A stretch of 26,245 nucleotides of DNA from a virus (Duplodnaviria; Heunggongvirae; Uroviricota; Caudoviricetes). Position numbers and translations under genes: made by a program. Numbering within the stretch: the stretch's first letter is position 1; the number at the start of each line of letters is the position of its first letter. The notes beneath the pieces were generated by a model. It worked only from the letters and a program-made list of their open reading frames with translations, had not been told where the DNA came from and did no database searches. The stretch is from IMG/VR virus record IMGVR_UViG_3300005399_000003; one strand, 5' to 3'. Positions 1 to 8,237 of this stretch are shown here, in pieces.

Positions 1-1
1 C

Positions 2-871
2 ACCGCAGGTAGCATCTCGACCCTTTCTGGCGGCGTCGGCATTCAAGCCAATGTGTCGGGCAAGAGAAACGCTTTCTACGCCTATCAAAACAATACTAAT
101 GTCTATGCCCTTTACGGCAGGAACACCGCATGGGGCGGGGGTGCTGCGCAGATTTCAAGCTCCGGCGGCTTTACCGTCCAGGCCATCAACAACACGAACG
201 GCTCCGGTCCTTACGGCTCCTACTGTGCCTTTGTGGGTCAGCAAAACGGTGGCGGTGAAGGTAAGGTGGGCGTGTCTACGGGTCATGCTTTTGAATCCAT
301 CACCGGGGGTTTTCGCGATAGCGCAGGCGGCGGGTTTAGCCCCTTCACTGGCAGACACGAAGCAATGATGTCCAAGTCGGCAGTCTATGAGCTGGGCGAC
401 ATTGTTGTTGACGCTCAGCTTGTGGCAAAGAGCCTATCGGATGCCTTCACGGAAGTTGAGGTCTCCACACAGGCAAACATGCCAAATGCTGTAGGCGTGC
501 TGTCGCAGGTTTATGACGAATGGTTCATTCCGGCCGCCTTCATCGTTCAATCTGAGCCCGACCCTGACTTTGAACCAACGCCGGAGCAGCCCGCTGAGCC
601 GGTACAGACCCGCCAAGACGTTGCAGACTATGAGAGCGACTATGACTTGGTAATGACCAACTCCGTCGGGGAGGGCTGCATCAACGTCTGCGGGCGGAAT
701 GGTGACATTCAAAAGGGCGATCTAATCGTCACTTCGACCATGCCCGGCAAGGGCATGCGACAGGACGATGACATCATTCGCAGCCGCACGGTGGCGAAAG
801 CCCGCGAAGACGTGGTCTTCTCACATGCGAATGAGGTAAAACAGATCGCCTGCATCTACATGTGTGGATAA
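2..871 (+). CDS. Tail fibre/tailspike, C-terminal part (5'-truncated by the window), with a probable C-terminal chaperone-like domain
   Basis: The frame is open from base 2 (TAGSISTLSGGVGIQANVSGKRN...), so the GTG at 53 is not the true start. A Gly/Ser/Asn-rich beta-type body is followed by SPFTGRH...GEGCINVCGRNGDIQKGDLIVTSTMPGKGMRQDDD, a C-terminal domain typical of phage fibres. It lies directly before the lysis genes. Confidence 0.7.
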   Translation, partial: TAGSISTLSGGVGIQANVSGKRNAFYAYQNNTNVYALYGRNTAWGGGAAQISSSGGFTVQAINNTNGSGPYGSYCAFVGQQNGGGEGKVGVSTGHAFESITGGFRDSAGGGFSPFTGRHEAMMSKSAVYELGDIVVDAQLVAKSLSDAFTEVEVSTQANMPNAVGVLSQVYDEWFIPAAFIVQSEPDPDFEPTPEQPAEPVQTRQDVADYESDYDLVMTNSVGEGCINVCGRNGDIQKGDLIVTSTMPGKGMRQDDDIIRSRTVAKAREDVVFSHANEVKQIACIYMCG

Positions 872-876
872 ATCTG

Positions 877-910
877 TGTTACAATATCAGTCAGCGGTGA
901 CTGATATTGT
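877..910 (+). promoter_or_regulatory. Extended -10 promoter (TGTTACAAT, 877-885) with an overlapping palindromic operator
   Basis: Perfect 13-bp inverted repeat ACAATATCAGTCA-GCGG-TGACTGATATTGT (881-910). Its core TCAGTCA-N4-TGACTGA (887-904) matches five other intergenic sites. It lies upstream of the lysis cassette. Confidence 0.65.
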
Positions 911-937
911 GCCGTCATATGTGAGCTGGAGATACAC

Positions 938-1519
938 ATGACAAAGGACGGCAAGACAGAGGAGCACGCCGGCCCGCTTTACTGGGTCGTCAAGCGCTTC
1001 ATGACAAAAGCCACGGATACGCTGATCTTGGCGATCCTGGCAGCAGCGGGGCTGGCGCTCTCAGGGCTGCTTGGCCCTGTGGTGGATCGCACGAAGGCAA
1101 TCTGGAACTCACCCATCGTCTTAGAGCAGATCGTCAACCGCATGGATGAGGTCACGGGCGCCAATCGTATAACGAACCAGCCCAAGGACATGAGCTATGT
1201 CGTGGAACCCGTCTATGTGGGTCAGGACATCAAGCTCGTCCTCTTCATCGGTCGCACTGAGATCGGCGCAGGCTGTGTGTCGCATTCCATCGTGCCGCTG
1301 TTCACCGACGAGAACGGCGTCACTTACCCCGGCGACAAGCGCGCTCCACGCCAGCAGCTTGGCACGAAGGTCGTCAAGCGCGAGCTGATCTTCTCCCCGC
1401 CTCGAACCGTAGGGGCCGGGCGCAATTCGGTCGCTTTGCAGCTCGAATACACCTGCGGCGACGAAGTGATCTTCGAAAACACCGTCCCCGTCTATTTCAC
1501 CACATTGGAGAGACCATGA
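938..1519 (+). CDS. Single-pass membrane protein; holin or lysis-regulator candidate
   Basis: GGAG RBS precedes ATG 938. There is one hydrophobic segment (TLILAILAAAGLALSGLLGPVV) and a ~140-aa C-terminal domain with two Cys. The stop overlaps the endolysin start (ATGA). The function is inferred from position only. Confidence 0.5.
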   Translation: MTKDGKTEEHAGPLYWVVKRFMTKATDTLILAILAAAGLALSGLLGPVVDRTKAIWNSPIVLEQIVNRMDEVTGANRITNQPKDMSYVVEPVYVGQDIKLVLFIGRTEIGAGCVSHSIVPLFTDENGVTYPGDKRAPRQQLGTKVVKRELIFSPPRTVGAGRNSVALQLEYTCGDEVIFENTVPVYFTTLERP

Positions 1520-2571
1520 GCATACATCGTATCATCGCTCACTGGACAGCCGGGGGCAGTCGCGCCTCTGCGCTCGACATGGAGCACTATCACCGTCTTG
1601 TCGAATATGACGGGACCATCGTTGCCGGCACTGAGAAGATTGCTGATAACATCGTCACATCCGATGGCGACTATGCTGCGCATACCCGCAATCTGAACAC
1701 CGGCTCAATCGGCGTTGCCATGTGCGGCATGCGCGGGGCAAAAGAGCACCCCTTCGACTCCGGCCCGTCGCCACTGACTGAAAAGCAGTTCAATGCCTTT
1801 TGCATTCTGATTGCTGACCTGTGTCGCACCTACTCGATCCCTGTCACCCGCGAGACTGTTCTGACCCACGCCGAAGTCGAGCCGACCTTGGGCGTCAAGC
1901 AGCGCGGAAAGTGGGACATTACCCGCCTGTCGTTCAAGCCCGAGATCGTCGGCGCCATCGCTGTCGGTGACTACCTGCGCGACCGCGTGCGCCAGATCCT
2001 TGGGGATGACGCCGTGACGCGCCATGAACAACGCCCAATCCTCAAGATCGGCCGCCACAATCCTGTCGCCGCTGTGCGGGAGCTGCAAGAAGACCTCGCC
2101 TATATGGGCTACCATCATGGCAAGATCGACGGCATCTTCGGAAAGCGCACCCGCGCCGCAGTTCTCGCGTTCCAGGCTAATGAAGGTCTGATCACCGACG
2201 GCATCGTCGGTCCTTCGACATGGGCTGCTTTCGAGAGCGCGGAGTTTATGCCTGAGCGTGAAGTGACACCCGAGGAGCTCAAGAAGACATCGCGCACTTA
2301 CAAGGCCGCTGACAAGGGTGAGAAGGCCCTCACAGCGACCGAGGGCGCCTTGGGCACGGGTCTGTCTGTCACTGCCGCTGTCGAGATCGCCAAGGGCGCC
2401 CAGCAAGCCGAAGGCGCGCTGGAAATCGCGCAACGCCTGCTAACCGAATACTGGCTGGCGATCATCGTCGTGCTCGCTGTGATCGTCGCGGCGCGCTACG
2501 GCAAGCGCATCCTGCGGGCAATTAAGGACTACCGTTATGAGGACGCCGTCGAAGGGCGTCACGTCGGATGA
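1516..2571 (+). CDS. Endolysin: N-acetylmuramoyl-L-alanine amidase (Amidase_2-like) + peptidoglycan-binding domain + C-terminal hydrophobic anchor
   Basis: Zn-amidase motifs IIAHWTAG, HYH, AAHTRNLNTGSIGVAMCG and HAEV...KWD. PG_binding_1-type segment VRELQEDL...DGIFGKRTRAAVLAFQANEGLITDGIVGPSTW. Hydrophobic tail YWLAIIVVLAVIVAA followed by basic residues. Confidence 0.9.
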   Translation: MSIHRIIAHWTAGGSRASALDMEHYHRLVEYDGTIVAGTEKIADNIVTSDGDYAAHTRNLNTGSIGVAMCGMRGAKEHPFDSGPSPLTEKQFNAFCILIADLCRTYSIPVTRETVLTHAEVEPTLGVKQRGKWDITRLSFKPEIVGAIAVGDYLRDRVRQILGDDAVTRHEQRPILKIGRHNPVAAVRELQEDLAYMGYHHGKIDGIFGKRTRAAVLAFQANEGLITDGIVGPSTWAAFESAEFMPEREVTPEELKKTSRTYKAADKGEKALTATEGALGTGLSVTAAVEIAKGAQQAEGALEIAQRLLTEYWLAIIVVLAVIVAARYGKRILRAIKDYRYEDAVEGRHVG

Positions 2572-2825
2572 TCCTTAAACCCTTTCTTCCCTACATTCTT
2601 GGCGCCGCGGTCGCAGTGATCGCGGGCCTCGGCGTCCAGAATACCCTCCTGAGACATGAGAATGACGACCTGAAATCGTCACTTCAGTTCGAGAAGACCA
2701 AAAGCCTCTCGTGCGATGCGCGTGTCTCCAGCATTATAAAGGACAAGCAAAGTGACGCGACTGTTACTGATCCCAGCGTTTTCAATCCTCCTGATGGCTG
2801 GTTCCTGCCCGAATCCCAACATTGA
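2568..2825 (+). CDS. Inner-membrane spanin (Rz-like)
   Basis: N-terminal TM helix (FLPYILGAAVAVIAGLGV) followed by a coiled-coil-like segment. ATGA overlap with the endolysin; the 3' end overlaps a lipoprotein ORF in another frame. Confidence 0.75.
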   Translation: MILKPFLPYILGAAVAVIAGLGVQNTLLRHENDDLKSSLQFEKTKSLSCDARVSSIIKDKQSDATVTDPSVFNPPDGWFLPESQH

Positions 2826-2985
2826 ACCTGCCTATCAAGGGCCGCTCTTCTGCGATGTCGAAGAAGCCCGGCGTTTCACCCGAGAAGAATGGGATATTCG
2901 CGCAACGCGCTGGCCCGAGAACCTCTCCAAAGACATCAAGACGAACCTGACCTGGGATCGCGAATGCTTGGAGCAGATCAAATGA
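2752..2985 (+). CDS. Outer-membrane spanin lipoprotein (Rz1-like)
   Basis: Signal peptide MTRLLLIPAFSILLMAGS-C with a lipobox-like Cys and a Pro-rich segment after it. Overlaps the i-spanin by 74 nt, the standard overlapped spanin arrangement. Confidence 0.7.
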   Translation: MTRLLLIPAFSILLMAGSCPNPNIEPAYQGPLFCDVEEARRFTREEWDIRATRWPENLSKDIKTNLTWDRECLEQIK

Positions 2986-4109
2986 CCGACAAGAATGAGC
3001 AGATCGTCCGTCTGAAAGACACCGAAGGGCTGAGCTGGGGCGAGATCGGCGAGCGCACGGGTCTTTCAGCTGAGGCTGCCCGCAGTCGATACCGCAACCA
3101 GCGCAAACGCATCGAGCTCCAGGAGAGCCCCGGCATTCTCGAAGCCGCCGAGAACCTCGGCATTCTCGACATGATCAAGCTCAAGGGCGGTTGGCTTAAA
3201 AGCAAGGACGCATCGCTGCGTTTCGACACGCCCAACGAGCCCGATGAAGATAATGCGCTGGATGAATACGTTGAGCGTCTAAAACGGGCGCTAGGGGCGC
3301 TTCCAGCTGCCCGCCCTAGTACCCACACCCCAGATGCCCCTGACAGCGTTCAAGCGCGCTATTTAGTCGCTGACCTGCACGGCGGGATGGCGGCGAACAT
3401 GGCGGTCTCCGGGGGTGAATATGATCTCGATCTAGCGGAGCATCGTCTGGTCGATGCAACGCAGCGCTTGGTGCAGCAGACAGCCCCGACCCAAACGGCG
3501 GTCATCGCCAATCTGGGCGACATGTTCCATGCCAACGACAGCAAGAAGAAGACCTTTCACTCAGGACATATCCTCGACATGGTGAAGCAGTCGTTCCCGC
3601 AGATCGCTCTGCGCGTGACGATTGCCATGATCCAGATGATCGAGACTGTTCTGAGCAAGCACGAGCATGTCATCTACCGCGGCGTGCCCGGCAACCACGA
3701 TGTCGATCAGTTCTTCTGGCTGACGATCGCCATTATGATGCACTACCGCGACAACCCGCGTGTCACCGTCGAGATGACAGAGGGTAAGCTCATCGTCGAC
3801 ACCTTCGGGCGCTGCATGAACGCCTATCATCATGGCGACAGCACCACCTTTCAGCGCCTCGTCAATCAGATTTCCGATCAATACGCCCCTGATTGGGGCA
3901 AGACCTATTGGCGCTATCTCGATACGGGCCATGTGCATCACGACACCGCTAAAGAGGTCGGCGGCATGCTCTGCGAGAGCCATCGCAACCTCGCACCGGT
4001 GGACGCGGCAGCCCACGGTTTTGGCTACTGGGGGCGGCAGGTTGCAAAGTCAGTCGTCATCCACAATGAGCGCGGTGAGATCGACCGCCACATCGCCTCT
4101 TTCGGCTAG
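2982..4109 (+). CDS. N-terminal HTH + calcineurin-like metallophosphoesterase
   Basis: The start is placed at ATG 2982 (ATGA overlap with the o-spanin stop), not 2889. HTH: GLSWGEIGERTGLSAEAARSRY. All five phosphoesterase motifs are present: ADLH, LGDMFH, GNHD, HHGD, GHVHH. Confidence 0.82.
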   Translation: MTDKNEQIVRLKDTEGLSWGEIGERTGLSAEAARSRYRNQRKRIELQESPGILEAAENLGILDMIKLKGGWLKSKDASLRFDTPNEPDEDNALDEYVERLKRALGALPAARPSTHTPDAPDSVQARYLVADLHGGMAANMAVSGGEYDLDLAEHRLVDATQRLVQQTAPTQTAVIANLGDMFHANDSKKKTFHSGHILDMVKQSFPQIALRVTIAMIQMIETVLSKHEHVIYRGVPGNHDVDQFFWLTIAIMMHYRDNPRVTVEMTEGKLIVDTFGRCMNAYHHGDSTTFQRLVNQISDQYAPDWGKTYWRYLDTGHVHHDTAKEVGGMLCESHRNLAPVDAAAHGFGYWGRQVAKSVVIHNERGEIDRHIASFG

Positions 4110-4116
4110 GCGTTCA

Positions 4117-4148
4117 TTATTCACTACTGACTGACTATGTGGTAGAAT
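4117..4148 (+). promoter_or_regulatory. Sigma70-type promoter with the operator over the -35
   Basis: TTCACT (4120-4125), a 17-bp spacer, then TAGAAT (4143-4148) with an extended TG. Operator TTATTCA-CTAC-TGACTGA at 4117-4134. Confidence 0.65.
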
Positions 4149-4187
4149 GACCGCGTAGCTACTCCCAACACAGCAGAGGAATGTTCC

Positions 4188-4550
4188 ATGCCCGTAAACT
4201 ACAACGTCGCCGTGAAGACGGCACGCATCACTGCCACCCGCGACTACTTCGCTAACGGCACCCTCGAAATCCAAGACAGCGGCGGCACTGCACTGGCGAC
4301 CTTTGATCTCACAGCCTCGGGCGGCACAGTCGCTTCGGACACCTGGACCCTGACCTTCGACGCCAACACCGTGTCGGCCGCCAACTCCGGCATCGCAGCC
4401 AAGGCTGTGATCAAAAGCTCCGGCGGTTCCGCGCATATCACGGGCCTCTCGGTCGGTGAATCCGGCGCCGACGTCATCGTGGACAACACCGACATCAACA
4501 GCGGTCAGGACGTCACGATGAACTCCGCTTCGATCCAGCACGCAGCCTAA
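4188..4550 (+). CDS. Small beta-rich virion structural protein
   Basis: RBS GAGGA. 120 aa, Ala/Thr/Ser/Gly-rich (…GLSVGESGADVIVDNTDINSGQDVTMNSASIQHA). Resembles small proteins I recall from phage fibre/appendage modules. First gene of the second fibre operon. Confidence 0.6.
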   Translation: MPVNYNVAVKTARITATRDYFANGTLEIQDSGGTALATFDLTASGGTVASDTWTLTFDANTVSAANSGIAAKAVIKSSGGSAHITGLSVGESGADVIVDNTDINSGQDVTMNSASIQHAA

Positions 4551-4577
4551 TCGCGCCCCTGAGCGCAGGAGAAGTTC

Positions 4578-7500
4578 ATGGTAAAGTTCGTCAACCGAGC
4601 GATGATGACAACCCACACGACAGGGACCGGCAATGTCACGTTGCTGGCCGCTGTTGATGGCTATCATGACTTCGATTCAGCTGGCGTAGGGAACGGCGAT
4701 GTCGTTCCCTACACAATCGAGGATGGCGATCAGTTCGAGATCGGCCAGGGCGTCTACAACAACGCCACCAAAGTCCTCACTCGGATCGTTGAGCAAAGCT
4801 CAAACAACGACGCCAAGATCAATCTCAGCGGCGACGCGCGGGTCTATGTCACTCTGCGGGCTTCTGACGTTGACGATCTGCAAACTCAGATCGACGGCAA
4901 ATCAGCCTCCGGCCACGGTCATTCGATCAGCGATGTCTCGGGCTTGCAGGCTGCTTTGGATGGCAAAGCGACCTCCGCACAGGGCGCCAAAGCCGACAGT
5001 GCCGTGCAGCCCCAGGCAGGCCACGGTCTGTATCCCAATGCCGATAAGACGAAGCTTGCCGGCATTGCGACAAACGCCACCAAGAACGCCACAGACGCGC
5101 AGCTGCGGGATCGTAGCACCCATACCGGTTCGCAACCGATTTCCACTGTCTCAGGTCTGCAAAGCGCCCTGAACGACAAGCTTGATGCGAATGCGGCCGC
5201 CGTATCCGCCGACAAGCTCACAACACCGCGTTCAATCGCACTGAGCGGTGACGTGTCTGGCTCGACGTCTTTTGATGGCTCGGGCAATGTGACCATTACC
5301 GCGACCGTTGCAAACAACAGCCATACGCACACCATCGCCAACATCGGCGGGCTGCAAAACGCCCTCGATGGCAAAGCGACCGCGGCTCAGGGTGCCAAAG
5401 CTGACGCTGCCATTCCCGTATCGGAAAAGGGCGCTCTCAACGGCGTCGCAGAGCTGGATGGCACAGGCAAGGTGCCCGCATCCCAGCTGCCCTCCTATGT
5501 CGATGACGTGCTGGAATATGCCAACCGCGCAAGCTTCCCCGCCTCGGGCCGGGATGGCACGCTCTACATCGACGAAGCTGAAGGCGATGTCTATCGCTGG
5601 ACAGGCTCTGCCTATATCCAGATCAATGACGCCGTGTCTTCTGCCGATCAAGCGACCAAGCTTGCGACGGCGCGCACAATCTCCCTGTCCGGTGATGCAA
5701 CAGGTTCGGTGAGCTTTGACGGCTCCGCGAACAAGACCCTGAACGTCACCGTCAAGGACAACAGCCATAACCATACGATCGCCAATGTGGATGGTCTTCA
5801 GACGGCGCTGGATAGTAAGCTTGCAGCGAGCGCGAATGCGGTATCTGCGTCGAAGCTTTCCAGTGCTCGCACGATCTCCCTTGGGGGCGATCTCACTGGC
5901 TCCACATCTTTCGATGGTTCGGGCAATGTGACGATCAACGCATCGGTGAAAGATGACAGTCACAGTCACATCATTGGCAACATTGATGGTCTCCAAACAG
6001 CGCTGGACGGAAAAGAGGCGGAAAGAACGCCGGGCGAGCCTCATAGCAACTTGGGCACTCCAAGCGTGCGTGAGATGGCCCTGTTCGATGCACAGTTTAA
6101 CAACAAGATCGACTTCTACGACCCGAACCTGTTCTGGATCGAGACATCCAACGATGGCGTCAGCTGGACTGAGACAGCGGACAGTGAAACGCACAAGCGC
6201 CGCTTGGTTGGCGGTGACGGTAGCGCGAGCATTGTAATTCCGCACGGCACTCCGTTCTATCGTATTCGCATGAAGGCTAAGGACTACGTTTACCTGAATG
6301 CAGTCTATTTCTACTGGTCCGGCAGTGGGAATACCACAAAGGTCAAGATCCAAAAGAAACACAAGAACTCGGCCGCATGGCAGGCGCACACCAATTCAGA
6401 GAAGGCGGTAGGCTCCTGGCCTGGACATCTTTACCTGTCGCACCCGACAATCCCGTGGCACCCGAACTCTGATACGACCCATCTTCAAGAGGTGGCAGTC
6501 GTGTTTGAGCCTAACTGGGGCTCGCAGGGAAATGCTATTTCACTGTACCGCATGCAGTGGTGGGGCGGGTATCCTGCCGGGCGTCGTAATGTCTATTCGA
6601 CGGATGAACATGCCAACGTCAGCTTTCCGGCTGACATTTCCGCTGCGAACTTGAATGTGAGCAATTGGGACACGGCCTATAGCTGGGGCGACCATGCTAC
6701 TGAGGGATACCTCAAGTCTGTTTCCTGGGGGCAAATTGCAGGCAAACCCGGCACGTTTAGTCCGTCTGCTCATAGTCACCCGCTGAGCGAGATCGACAAT
6801 CTCTCCATTCAGGCAGAATCTGTTCAGATCGACACCAGCCATGGGTATATTCAGCTGGGTCCAAAGAACGGCTCTTACTGCCATGTATATACCGACCGCC
6901 CGAGCTTCTATTTCAATAAGGAATTGCAGGTTCTTGGTAAGCAGGTTTTCCATACCGGCTATCATCCCAATGCTGACAAGCTGACCACAGCCCGCACCAT
7001 TTCCCTGTCAGGCGATGCCAGCGGCTCTGTCAGCTTTGACGGCTCGGGCAACGTCACTTTGCCAGTGACTATCGCGAACAACAGTCACTCCCACACCATT
7101 GCAAACATCAGCGGGCTGCAAACTGCCCTTGATGACAAGCTGGCGGCGAGTGCCAACGCGGTATCCGCATCGAAGCTTTCCAGCGCCCGCACCATCAGTC
7201 TTTCTGGCGATGCCTCTGGGTCCGTATCCTTCGACGGATCTTCGAACGTCTCGATCAATGTCAATGTCGCTGATGACAGTCACAACCACACGATTGCAAA
7301 CATCGACGGCTTACAGGACGAGCTGAACTCAATCGACTACCCGTGGCTGTCGCAAAATCCCTACAGCTATGATGGGTCCACGCATTACTGGTACTTGAAG
7401 ATCGCCAAAGCCGACGCGGGCAGACATGGCCTTATTGAGTATTATGTCAGCGATGATGTGAACTACCCAAACAGCTCTCACGGCTATATTCGCTTTTCCC

Positions 7501-8234
7501 ACTGGAACAATAGTACCGTATCCGTGCGTCACACGCAGGTTTGGGGTGACACACAACAGGGCATTGAGGTTTTTGTAGACAACAGCGACAATCTCTGGGT
7601 TCGCTGTCCGGGGATCGACTGGGGCGGGGCGGTGTTTAACTACCGCCTCCTTCGCGGCAATATCACAATGGAGAATACCCGGCAGCAGGCCGCGCCCGCT
7701 GCTGTTTGGGAAATCCCAGAAGTGGGTCGGGGGTATCGTTTCAACCGCGGTGATGTGACGGCCGGACCGGTCAACACCTATGACTTCAACACCCATCTTG
7801 GGAGAACCATTAAGGCAGGTCCAAACACCGTCTTTCACGATGGCTACCACCCCAATGCGGACAGGCTGACAACAGCCCGTACCATCTCCCTGTCTGGTGA
7901 TCTGACTGGCTCTGCAACCTTCGACGGCTCTAGCAACGTCACCATCTCTGCATCGGTCAAGGATGACAGCCACAATCACACGATCGCCAACGTCGATGGT
8001 TTGCAGACCGCCCTGAATGGCAAGGCAAGCTCAAGCCAGGGCTCCAAAGCAGACACGGCCTACGGCTGGGGCAATCACGCCTCTGCTGGCTACCTCACAA
8101 CTGTCCCCTTTGCCTCGCAGGCAGAGGTCGATGCAGGAACAATCAACAACAAGGCCGTCGCCCCAGACACGCTCAAGCAGCGTCTGTCAAAGGTTGGCAG
8201 CTCATACGCCCGTCAAATGGCATTTGGAGGCTAA
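4578..8234 (+). CDS. Long fibre/adhesin protein with repeat shafts and internal globular domains
   Basis: N-terminal anchoring-type domain (MVKFVNRAMMTT…GTGNVTL…EIGQGVY), phage-tail-repeat motifs (HxHxIxxxxGLQxALxxK), six ARTISLSGD…GSxSFDGSxN units, a KGALNGVAELDGTGKVPASQLP domain, and a FASQAEVDAG…KAVAP motif near the C-terminus. Confidence 0.88.
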   Translation: MVKFVNRAMMTTHTTGTGNVTLLAAVDGYHDFDSAGVGNGDVVPYTIEDGDQFEIGQGVYNNATKVLTRIVEQSSNNDAKINLSGDARVYVTLRASDVDDLQTQIDGKSASGHGHSISDVSGLQAALDGKATSAQGAKADSAVQPQAGHGLYPNADKTKLAGIATNATKNATDAQLRDRSTHTGSQPISTVSGLQSALNDKLDANAAAVSADKLTTPRSIALSGDVSGSTSFDGSGNVTITATVANNSHTHTIANIGGLQNALDGKATAAQGAKADAAIPVSEKGALNGVAELDGTGKVPASQLPSYVDDVLEYANRASFPASGRDGTLYIDEAEGDVYRWTGSAYIQINDAVSSADQATKLATARTISLSGDATGSVSFDGSANKTLNVTVKDNSHNHTIANVDGLQTALDSKLAASANAVSASKLSSARTISLGGDLTGSTSFDGSGNVTINASVKDDSHSHIIGNIDGLQTALDGKEAERTPGEPHSNLGTPSVREMALFDAQFNNKIDFYDPNLFWIETSNDGVSWTETADSETHKRRLVGGDGSASIVIPHGTPFYRIRMKAKDYVYLNAVYFYWSGSGNTTKVKIQKKHKNSAAWQAHTNSEKAVGSWPGHLYLSHPTIPWHPNSDTTHLQEVAVVFEPNWGSQGNAISLYRMQWWGGYPAGRRNVYSTDEHANVSFPADISAANLNVSNWDTAYSWGDHATEGYLKSVSWGQIAGKPGTFSPSAHSHPLSEIDNLSIQAESVQIDTSHGYIQLGPKNGSYCHVYTDRPSFYFNKELQVLGKQVFHTGYHPNADKLTTARTISLSGDASGSVSFDGSGNVTLPVTIANNSHSHTIANISGLQTALDDKLAASANAVSASKLSSARTISLSGDASGSVSFDGSSNVSINVNVADDSHNHTIANIDGLQDELNSIDYPWLSQNPYSYDGSTHYWYLKIAKADAGRHGLIEYYVSDDVNYPNSSHGYIRFSHWNNSTVSVRHTQVWGDTQQGIEVFVDNSDNLWVRCPGIDWGGAVFNYRLLRGNITMENTRQQAAPAAVWEIPEVGRGYRFNRGDVTAGPVNTYDFNTHLGRTIKAGPNTVFHDGYHPNADRLTTARTISLSGDLTGSATFDGSSNVTISASVKDDSHNHTIANVDGLQTALNGKASSSQGSKADTAYGWGNHASAGYLTTVPFASQAEVDAGTINNKAVAPDTLKQRLSKVGSSYARQMAFGG
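5211..8024 (+). repeat. Six dispersed copies of a ~65-aa coding repeat, arranged 1+2+2+1
   Basis: Units begin near 5211, 5658, 5853, 6978, 7173 and 7860. The tandem pairs are spaced exactly 195 nt apart (5658/5853 and 6978/7173). Confidence 0.9.
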
Positions 8235-8237
8235 AAC

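Noticed and set aside
881-910. Inverted repeat read as an intrinsic terminator for the upstream fibre gene
   Set aside because: The stem is AT-rich with no U-tract, and its core matches the recurring operator next to an extended -10. Some pausing role cannot be excluded.
938-1009. Possible holin dual-start motif (MTK at 938 and MTK at 1001)
   Set aside because: The two starts are 21 codons apart rather than 2-3, and the second has no evident RBS.
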